64,000 nt of DNA, taken from Eubacterium sp. (lineage in GTDB: Bacteria > Bacillota > Clostridia > Lachnospirales > Lachnospiraceae). Positions 56,791-64,000 of the stretch are shown one piece after another; positions within the stretch are counted from its first letter, which is position 1, and the number at the start of each line of letters is the position of its first letter. The notes under the pieces were generated by a model. The model was not told the origin of the DNA, ran no database searches, and worked only from the letters and a program-made list of their open reading frames with translations. The stretch lies in NCBI GenBank assembly GCA_017634555.1, contig JAGBNF010000023.1, positions 3,198 through 67,197 of the forward strand. Reading direction: 5' to 3'. The position numbers were made by a program, and so were the translations under genes.

Positions 56791-58884
56791 TCAAAGCTCA
56801 AATATCTCATCACAAAATTCCATAACCGCTCCTCTATGAGTAATTATTATAAATGTAGTATCGCACGATAAATCCTTAATCATATGGTTTATCTTTTCTT
56901 CAAGCGCCATATCAAGATTACTAGTCACCTCGTCCATTATAATAATCTTCTTTTTACTGATCATAGCTCTTGCAATTGCAATTCTCTGTCGTTCACCACC
57001 TGACAGATTTCTCCCCCCTTCGGTTATCAATGTTTTATAACCATACGGAAGTCTGGAAACAAATTCAGTGAGTCCACATTCTTCAACTATTTTTTCAATA
57101 CTCTCTTTATCTATATCCGGATTACCTAATGTCAAATTGTTATATAAGGAATCCTCAAAAAGAAAAACATCCTGTGATATATAAGCTATTCCTTTTCTTA
57201 TTACATTGACCGGATACTCATTCATATTTTTTCCATCTATACTAATAATCCCTTTCTCCGGAGTATAAAACCCCATAATCAACTTTGCCAAAGTGGTTTT
57301 TCCCGAGCCGCTTTCTCCAACTATCGCCATCTTGGTTCCTTTTCGAATCTTAAGATTAAAATTTTCTAATATCGAATCATCATATCCATATCTAAATGTA
57401 ACATTTTTTAATTCTATATCCCCATCAGGTAAAATCTTCACACTTTTAGTTTTTTCTTCCTCTATATCCATGACATCCGCTAATCTATCAGCCGCTATAA
57501 TCGCCGTTTCAACATCTGGCTGAAAAGTGATAATCCCTGATATCGGACCCATAAAATAATCAAGCATATAGTAAAATGTAAATATATCAGCCATCGTAAG
57601 GATTCCTCTTAAGTATTGCTTATACCCTATTCCAATTACGATGACTATGCCTGCTGATGCAACAAAGGAAGCAAGAACATTCTGCATATTAATAACTCTC
57701 GCCCCCATCATCATCTTGTCTGTAAGCCTGTCATACATGCTATGCATTTTTTCAATATTTCTATCTTCAAGATTAAATGCCTTTATGGTCTGTATTCCAT
57801 CAACAGATTCTTTTAATGATGATGTTACAATTGCCTCCGCAGCCATTACATCATTTTTTGTCTTTTTTATCTTGTCTTTAAAATTAATTACAATGACGAT
57901 ATACAGAGAAACTGTTGTTGCCGCAGCCAAAAACATTACACGATTCAGTCTTATTAATACTACTCCACTTATAACTACCATTCCTGCATCCAATATAGCT
58001 GACAGTACAACCGAAGAGACTGCATAACGAATCTCGCCAGTATCATAAAACCTTGATATAAAATCACCAGTTTTTCGCACATCAAAGGCTTCTATTTTCA
58101 ATTTTATAAAATGTCTATAATATCCCAACGTTATAGACATATCTATCCTTTTCGTAATTCTGGTAAGAATATTACATCGAATCATCTCTACCAATATTCT
58201 AAACAAATATAAAAGAATAAGAGCGATACACAATTTCTCAATTCCGTTCGAAACAACATATCCACCTATATAAAAAACATTATATGAATCAGACAGGATG
58301 AACCTAAACAGATATGCACCAGCCAAATTAATTAGCAATATAATAACCGCACCAAGAAAAACTAAAATCATAGAAATCTTTTGTTTCCATATTTCACCAA
58401 AATATTTCCTGATATTATTTTCTCTTTCATCTCTCTCAATAAAACCTTCTCCTTTTTCAAAGGTTATTAATTGTCCAAGCCATACATTTTCCAGTTCGTT
58501 CAGAGGCATCTTACATACCCCCCTCTTAGCTGGATTGCCTACAATTGCAAATCTACTATTCAATGAATACAATACAATAAAATGTTCATATATCCCTTCA
58601 GATAATACGCGTATCACAACTGGAAACTGGACTTTTCCAGCTTTTACTTCCTCTATCAATTCTCGAAAACCACACCCATATGCCTCAGCCAAAAGTCCAA
58701 TCTTACTTGCTCCCATAATAAGCCCATAAATACTCGCACCTTCAGAACCAACCTTAATCAGATTCCTACATGTTTCAAGCTTTAAACCAGCTCCATAGTA
58801 TTCAGCTATCATTGATAAACAAGCCGCTCCACAATCTCTTTCATCATGCTGAATAGTAAATGGCCTTTTCTTTTTTGTTTTCAT
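56791..58884 (-). CDS. Peptidase C39-containing ABC transporter (PCAT, SunT/LanT type)
   Basis: QHDERDCGAACL (catalytic Cys), HFIVL, TM domain, GESGSGKTT, LSGGERQRIAIARA. Confidence 0.95.
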   Translation of the reverse strand: MKTKKKRPFTIQHDERDCGAACLSMIAEYYGAGLKLETCRNLIKVGSEGASIYGLIMGASKIGLLAEAYGCGFRELIEEVKAGKVQFPVVIRVLSEGIYEHFIVLYSLNSRFAIVGNPAKRGVCKMPLNELENVWLGQLITFEKGEGFIERDERENNIRKYFGEIWKQKISMILVFLGAVIILLINLAGAYLFRFILSDSYNVFYIGGYVVSNGIEKLCIALILLYLFRILVEMIRCNILTRITKRIDMSITLGYYRHFIKLKIEAFDVRKTGDFISRFYDTGEIRYAVSSVVLSAILDAGMVVISGVVLIRLNRVMFLAAATTVSLYIVIVINFKDKIKKTKNDVMAAEAIVTSSLKESVDGIQTIKAFNLEDRNIEKMHSMYDRLTDKMMMGARVINMQNVLASFVASAGIVIVIGIGYKQYLRGILTMADIFTFYYMLDYFMGPISGIITFQPDVETAIIAADRLADVMDIEEEKTKSVKILPDGDIELKNVTFRYGYDDSILENFNLKIRKGTKMAIVGESGSGKTTLAKLIMGFYTPEKGIISIDGKNMNEYPVNVIRKGIAYISQDVFLFEDSLYNNLTLGNPDIDKESIEKIVEECGLTEFVSRLPYGYKTLITEGGRNLSGGERQRIAIARAMISKKKIIIMDEVTSNLDMALEEKINHMIKDLSCDTTFIIITHRGAVMEFCDEIFEL

Positions 58885-59028
58885 ATTTCAGTTTTCTTAT
58901 TCCTTCTCCAAAGTATAAATATATTTTTTTAGTATATTACAGCATCATGCCTATATATATACCTAATGAGTGAACAACATAGTTTTCTTGTAAACGACAT
59001 ATTTAATCCAAAAACCATATTATAATCA

Positions 59029-59100
59029 TAGCCGGTTCGTCATTGTGTACTGACGAACCGGCCATGATTATGAATCATTTTCATTTATTGCTAACACTGT
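59029..59100. repeat. 72-bp direct repeat, right copy
   Basis: Identical to 51933-52004; with its flank the hairpin extends to about 21 bp (ATAATCAT...ATGATTAT). Confidence 0.95.
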
Positions 59101-59119
59101 TATAATATATCACAAGTAT

Positions 59120-59920
59120 CTATACCATTTTACGCGCCAGTTCGAGATCGATAGTATCAAATATAGTAATACTTCCACCGTAACTGTTTATCGCTTCTTC
59201 TATCTTAGAGAAGAACTCTCTTCTCATATTTTCCTCCATCGCAATATGATCCGAATAAGTACCGAGCAGTGCCGTGTACTCTGTTGCCGAGAATACTCTC
59301 TCTCTGTGGAACAGAGAATACTTTATATCAGAAAAACCATATTTATCCGGAATCATCGCAATCTCTTCTGCCTGTTCCTCCGTAAATTCAAGCTGCTTCT
59401 GCTGCTTCCTGTTATGGAACTTGCAGTAATATTCTTCATATAATTTATCTATCTCGTCTGACAGTTCCGGATTCTTCAGATCTCTGTTCGGGCGATTTGC
59501 AAATCTTGCAAATGTACCGCCGTTCTTAAGGAGTCTGAACACCTTCGGATATCCCATTTCCTCCGGAACCCAGTGAAATGCCGTCGCAGAAAATATCAGA
59601 TCGTAAGCATTTTCCTCAAGCTCTGCATCCTCAAACTTACCTGTTACCACAGAGAACTTCGGATATTTCGCGAATTTATCCTTAAGAAGCTCAGCAAATC
59701 TCTCCCCGTATTCCACCGAAACAAGTGAGCATCCCGTACTGAGAACCGGTTCGGTTGCCTGTCCGCTCCCGCTTCCCACCTCGATAACGGAACTGTCTTC
59801 TCCAATCGGGCAGTAATCGAATATCTCCTGATATAATTCCTTTACATATCCCGGTCTCATTTTATCGTATCCCGAAGCGACTGTATCGAACGTCCACTCC
59901 AGGCCTTTTATCATTGCCAT
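59120..59920 (-). CDS. Class I SAM-dependent methyltransferase
   Basis: TFDTVA..YDKMRPGY, VIEVGSGSGQAT and YDLIFSATAFHW; start set at ATG 59920. Confidence 0.88.
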   Translation of the reverse strand: MAMIKGLEWTFDTVASGYDKMRPGYVKELYQEIFDYCPIGEDSSVIEVGSGSGQATEPVLSTGCSLVSVEYGERFAELLKDKFAKYPKFSVVTGKFEDAELEENAYDLIFSATAFHWVPEEMGYPKVFRLLKNGGTFARFANRPNRDLKNPELSDEIDKLYEEYYCKFHNRKQQKQLEFTEEQAEEIAMIPDKYGFSDIKYSLFHRERVFSATEYTALLGTYSDHIAMEENMRREFFSKIEEAINSYGGSITIFDTIDLELARKMV

Positions 59921-59921
59921 A

Positions 59922-60980
59922 TCAACCCTCATCTTCCAATATTTGCAGTGCTTCTTTATAGTCCTGTCCAAGGATTTCCTGCACTTTTTCAAATTCATAT
60001 TTCTCATGCAGCCTTGCCTGGATTTTCAGAAATTCCTTCTTTCCATACTTCCTTATATATAGAGACTGCGCTTTCGCGGCATTTGCTCCGTCATTTGAAG
60101 ATACATAGAAGCCCTTTTCACAGATCTCAAGCTCACTACATTCGTAACATCCGTCTATATTCTTTTCATTACAGCACTTTACATTAGGGCATATTCTGCC
60201 TTCGAAATATATGGCAAAGGAACAGGTATTAAAATCTGTTCTGCAGCCCCCGCACCACTCACCCAGGAAACAATGGTTACAGGATAATCCGCATATAGCG
60301 ACAGGATCAACACCCTTTCTTGCCATCTTACAAAGCCGATCCTTGATTCGCTGCATTGCTTCAATGTGCATGATCCAGTGACGCGAAAAAGGCATCTGAA
60401 TAAGACCTTTAACATCCTTGCCACACCAATAGTCAATCAGCCAGAATGCATTTTCATCCTCACTGACACATTTACTTTCTATTAGTTTCTGCTTGATATC
60501 TTCACTATACTTTCTTTTTAAATCTTTGTATTGCAATTGTAAAAGAATCTTATCACTTGATTCTTTTACAGCCTTTGCATATAGATAGAGTTCCTGCACA
60601 TTCAGCTTCTTCGAAAACTCTGCAATCTCTTCGCCTTCGAGTTCATTTCCTGTTGTGATGATCGGAGCCCCAATCTTCTTAAGAAACTTCTCACTAAACA
60701 GTATCTGCTCATCCCCTGCGATCATCTCATGAGCTACGATGTCTTCTATCCTGAAGATATGCCAAATGGAATATGCAAGGGTTTTGCTGTGATATCCTTT
60801 TGCTCCCGCAAACGGCAGCTTAAAAAACGCATTCTCGGGATAGCCTTCCACTATCCAGGTTATCTGCTGAAACAATTCTCCCCTAAATTCGATCAATTTC
60901 TCAATGGCTTCGCCAAAAGTAGCTTCTTTTGACAATAGCTTCTGTATTTCTTTATTCTTCTCCGACCAATCCTTATTCAT
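59922..60980 (-). CDS. DinB-like domain fused to a C-terminal DUF3795-like Cys-rich domain
   Basis: TLAYSIWHIFRIEDIV and RHWIMH helical-bundle motifs; AICGLSCNHC...CGGC...CCNEK...CYEC. Confidence 0.65.
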   Translation of the reverse strand: MNKDWSEKNKEIQKLLSKEATFGEAIEKLIEFRGELFQQITWIVEGYPENAFFKLPFAGAKGYHSKTLAYSIWHIFRIEDIVAHEMIAGDEQILFSEKFLKKIGAPIITTGNELEGEEIAEFSKKLNVQELYLYAKAVKESSDKILLQLQYKDLKRKYSEDIKQKLIESKCVSEDENAFWLIDYWCGKDVKGLIQMPFSRHWIMHIEAMQRIKDRLCKMARKGVDPVAICGLSCNHCFLGEWCGGCRTDFNTCSFAIYFEGRICPNVKCCNEKNIDGCYECSELEICEKGFYVSSNDGANAAKAQSLYIRKYGKKEFLKIQARLHEKYEFEKVQEILGQDYKEALQILEDEG

Positions 60981-61001
60981 TTTACCCCCCTCGTATCTAC
61001 A

Positions 61002-62447
61002 TTAAATGTCTCCACTTTTATCTAATATCCGTGAAAGCAGTGCCACCGTCTCCACATGCCCCGAATGTGAGAACATATCACACACAGAATACTTATTAAG
61101 TGTGTAACCCCCTTCTTCAGAAAGTATCTTTATATCTCTGGCGAGTGTAGCCGGATCACAGGATACATAAACTATCCTCTCAGGCTTCATGCTGATAAGT
61201 GTATCCAGCAGCTTTCCGTCACATCCCTTACGCGGCGGATCCACAACTACTACGTCCGCATGGCTTCCGTCTCCTCCCGACGAATAAATATCCGTAACAA
61301 CATCCTCCGCTTTACCCACGAAGAAGTCTGTATTTGTAATCTGGTTAAGCTCCGCATTTCCCCTGGCATCTTCTATAGCCTGGGGAACGATCTCGACTCC
61401 GTAAACCTTCTTCGCTTTCTTTGAAAGGAAGAGGCTGATGGTTCCGATTCCGCAATACATATCCCATACAGTTTCCTCACCTGTTAGGCCTGCATACTCG
61501 AGAGCCTTGCCGTAAAGTCTTCCTGTCTGATAAGGGTTCACCTGGAAGAAGCTCTCAACGGAGATTCTGAATCTTACATCTCCTATATAATCATATATGA
61601 AGTCTCTTCCGAAGATTCTCTTCGATTCAAAGCCTATTATCCTGTTTGTATTTTCTTTATTGATATTCAGCATTACTGATGTGAGATAGAGTGTTTTCTT
61701 CTCCCCGTCCGCCGCACACGCCTCTTCTTCATACTTCTGTACGGCTTCTTCAAGTCCCTTGACCAGCTGAGCCTTCTCCGGCACATCGTCACCGTTTATG
61801 ACAAGTGCCACCATCAGCTCACCTGTGGTGAAACCTATCCTTGTTATAAGATGCCTGAGAAGTCCTGTGCCCTTCTCCTCATCATACACACTGATCTTAT
61901 TCTTATTGATATAATCCTTTACAACATCGATGATATACTTATTCACCCCATGTCCTGTCATACAGTCTTCGATAGGAATAATGGAATGAGTCCTCTGGGC
62001 ATAGAAACCGAGAACTGCATTTCCATCCCTATCCTTACCTATCGGAAACTGCATCTTGTTCCTGAATCTGAAAGGATTATCCTCCATTCCAAGCACTTCC
62101 TCACAGAGTTCGGATGCATTCTCTATCCCGCCGATTCTCTTAAGGCAATTCTCAACCTTATTTCTTTTAAGTCTCAGCTGAGCATTGTAATTAACATGCT
62201 GGAGGGTACATCCTCCGCATTGTCTCGCAACCTCACAAGGTGCTTCGACTCTGTCCTCCGACGGCTTGATCAGCTGCATCAGCCTTCCGAATGCGTAGCT
62301 CTTCTTCACCTTGATGATCTTGATCTCAGCCGTATCTCCCGGCGCAGTATCCTTGACAAAAACAGCCATACCGTCAACATGGCCGATTCCCGCACCGTCA
62401 TCCGACATATCTTCTATTTCAATTTCATAAATATCATTCTTCTGCAT
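61002..62447 (-). CDS. rlmD: 23S rRNA (uracil-1939-C5)-methyltransferase
   Basis: TRAM domain, Fe-S motif C...CGGC..Q, FRNKMQFP, SFFQVN, DMYCGIG, VDPPRKG, YVSCDPATLARD, DMF..S.HVE; start set at ATG 62447. Confidence 0.95.
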   Translation of the reverse strand: MQKNDIYEIEIEDMSDDGAGIGHVDGMAVFVKDTAPGDTAEIKIIKVKKSYAFGRLMQLIKPSEDRVEAPCEVARQCGGCTLQHVNYNAQLRLKRNKVENCLKRIGGIENASELCEEVLGMEDNPFRFRNKMQFPIGKDRDGNAVLGFYAQRTHSIIPIEDCMTGHGVNKYIIDVVKDYINKNKISVYDEEKGTGLLRHLITRIGFTTGELMVALVINGDDVPEKAQLVKGLEEAVQKYEEEACAADGEKKTLYLTSVMLNINKENTNRIIGFESKRIFGRDFIYDYIGDVRFRISVESFFQVNPYQTGRLYGKALEYAGLTGEETVWDMYCGIGTISLFLSKKAKKVYGVEIVPQAIEDARGNAELNQITNTDFFVGKAEDVVTDIYSSGGDGSHADVVVVDPPRKGCDGKLLDTLISMKPERIVYVSCDPATLARDIKILSEEGGYTLNKYSVCDMFSHSGHVETVALLSRILDKSGDI

Positions 62448-62486
62448 AATCTGCTCTCTTCCGTTCCTGTTAATGCGTGCAATTAC

Positions 62487-62568
62487 TGTGACATACGGAT
62501 TGCTTCGTTTCTTACTAAACTTTCGCAATCCTTGAAACACGTTTTGACTTGTGACATTTATGTCACAT
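62487..62568 (-). promoter_or_regulatory. Structured leader element shared with the mnmA upstream region
   Basis: Closing stem TGTGACATA/TATGTCACA, internal GGATTGC/GCAATCC stem; abuts TATAAT at 62567-62572. Confidence 0.55.
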
Positions 62569-62582
62569 TATACTATAAACGC

Positions 62583-62616
62583 AAAAGGCCGACCACATTT
62601 AAGTGATCGGCCTCTT
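62583..62616 (-). terminator. Intrinsic terminator after carD
   Basis: Minus strand AGGCCGATCAC-TTAAAT-GTGGTCGGCCTTTT. Confidence 0.7.
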
Positions 62617-62645
62617 GTTGTTGATCATTGCTGATCGGTCACATC

Positions 62646-63146
62646 CTAACTATCAATACGTTCGTGAATATAATCCTTAACCTCATCCTTCTCCATACCC
62701 AGACTGATGGCAAGCTCACCATAAAGGCTATCTTCTGCTATATGGAAATACTTGGAATCGGACGATGTAACCTTTTTGCCCTCTGCAATTCGGGCGTTCA
62801 TTCTTCCATAAATTGTTTTGATTATACCTACGAGTACTTCGGGATCGCATGAAAGAATCGCTTCCTTATACTCCAATTCCCTTCGTTTTTCTTCCTTGAT
62901 GGTCAGTCCATCAATATCCTTAATGCTTTCGACGAAGCTCTCTGCCTCATCCTTAGTCATTACAGGTCTCATTACAACTCTGGTGTTGTCTATCGGTGTA
63001 TAAAGCGAACTATCTCTGATGTAGCAAGGTGTCATGGTATAAAAAAGCTTATCCTTAGATACTCCCGGAAGATCCATAGGTCCAATCTCAGTAACCTTAC
63101 AAACTCCGTTACTGCCGTACACTACGTAATCTCCTACCGAAAACAT
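62646..63146 (-). CDS. carD: CarD-family transcriptional regulator
   Basis: MFSVGDYVVYGSNGVCKV N-terminus and AEDSLYGELAISLG C-terminus. Confidence 0.88.
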   Translation of the reverse strand: MFSVGDYVVYGSNGVCKVTEIGPMDLPGVSKDKLFYTMTPCYIRDSSLYTPIDNTRVVMRPVMTKDEAESFVESIKDIDGLTIKEEKRRELEYKEAILSCDPEVLVGIIKTIYGRMNARIAEGKKVTSSDSKYFHIAEDSLYGELAISLGMEKDEVKDYIHERIDS

Positions 63147-63319
63147 TTCTCACACTCCTTACTCGTTCATCCTCTTTAAAAAGCCTGCCATGTATAATAA
63201 TACCATTTTAAAGGCTTATTCGTAAGGCCAAAAAATATTTTCGTAAAAAGCTAACATATAAAACTTAAATTTTTTGTACAAAATGTGAACGGATTTTTTA
63301 ACCCCCGTTAAATGTGCTG

Positions 63320-64000
63320 CTAATTCGCAGTTTCGGTGTTCTGATTTCCGTTCGAATCCACTACGGAGAGACTTGCATCAGCAAGCTGGCAATAAGTAAA
63401 CTCGTCATCCTCGAAATCCTTATAGATCTCAAATGTACCCTCGACCAGTATCTTTGCTCCGTCTGCCGGGAACTCATCAAGCTCATGACTTCCGTCATCC
63501 CAGGTAAACTCAAGTCCCTGCTGACAGCATGCTGCAGCATCGGAGATAAAGCAATAATGATACCATTTATCTGTAGGCTCATAATATCCGCTGGTATAAT
63601 CGCCCTCTATCTTGATCTTCTTTCCGACATAATTATCCGGATGTGCCATCATGTCATAAACTGTGGCATAGATCATATTGCTGCCCATTACAGAAAGATC
63701 GATATCAACATTCGGATCCGGCTCGCCCTTAAGCTCCTCAGTATCATCGACAGCTGCAGTTGTTGCCGCTTCACTTGCCGGCTGCTCTGTGGCGACCTGC
63801 TCCGTTGTCTGCTGTTCTGTGATCTGCTCTGTCGGAGCCTGCTTAACCACCTGCTCTTCTGTAGTACGGACCTCACCATTCGGATTATCATCCACTATAG
63901 CTTTTCCGTTCTCAATCGCTATCTGACTCTGTATCGCGTCATCCACAACATTCGTGCTGCCCTGTCGGCTGTTCGCTCTGTCTGAATTACCGCATGCCGA
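63320..64000 (-). CDS. 3' part of a hypothetical lipoprotein with a DAAACCQQGLEF motif; start lies beyond the window
   Basis: Frame stays open to the edge (SACGNSDRANSRQ...), showing a lipobox-like SAC. Confidence 0.7.
   Translation of the reverse strand, partial: SACGNSDRANSRQGSTNVVDDAIQSQIAIENGKAIVDDNPNGEVRTTEEQVVKQAPTEQITEQQTTEQVATEQPASEAATTAAVDDTEELKGEPDPNVDIDLSVMGSNMIYATVYDMMAHPDNYVGKKIKIEGDYTSGYYEPTDKWYHYCFISDAAACCQQGLEFTWDDGSHELDEFPADGAKILVEGTFEIYKDFEDDEFTYCQLADASLSVVDSNGNQNTETAN

Larger units (their letters stand above)
51933..59100. mobile_element. AT-rich genomic islet (peptide export/immunity locus) bounded by 72-bp direct repeats; no integrase seen
   Basis: Perfect flanking direct repeats and visibly lower GC than the flanks (judged by eye). 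Confidence 0.75.

Noticed and set aside
51972-58884. Lantibiotic cluster
   Set aside because: The core is rich in Ser/Thr/Cys, but no LanB/C/M/KC gene is in the window; modification in trans cannot be excluded
58970-59020. Imperfect 20-bp-spaced direct repeats upstream of the PCAT as LytTR sites
   Set aside because: Weak match in AT-rich DNA, and no LytTR regulator in the window

Overview
A 64 kb chromosomal window from an anaerobic Firmicute; gene content and order point to a Lachnospiraceae-like clostridial organism (inference). Most genes are on the minus strand. Housekeeping blocks: glgC-glgD-spoVG, a GlmU N-terminal domain-pth-mfd-prsA-like operon, a sugar ABC importer with an AraC regulator, an SPFH/NfeD pair, an aconitase-family hydratase, a four-subunit pyruvate:ferredoxin oxidoreductase, citrate synthase, mnmA, cls, a split purH preceded by a clear ZMP/ZTP riboswitch, adenosine deaminase, rlmD and carD. 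Four things stand out. (1) A radical SAM/SPASM enzyme resembling the TIGR04133 rSAM/lipoprotein family lies in a co-oriented cluster with a small lipoprotein carrying three VYGP motifs, a candidate splicease-type protein-modification system. (2) A 7.1 kb AT-rich island bounded by perfect 72-bp hairpin-containing direct repeats encodes a C39-peptidase ABC exporter and a 58-aa double-glycine peptide, missed by the ORF track, with a Cys/His zinc-finger-like core. (3) A shared structured element sits upstream of both mnmA and rlmD. (4) An uncharacterised CbbX/SpoVK-like AAA+ operon includes a TTVL-repeat membrane protein. I saw no tRNA, rRNA, CRISPR array, transposase or integrase. Family names come from motif recognition by eye, not database searches.
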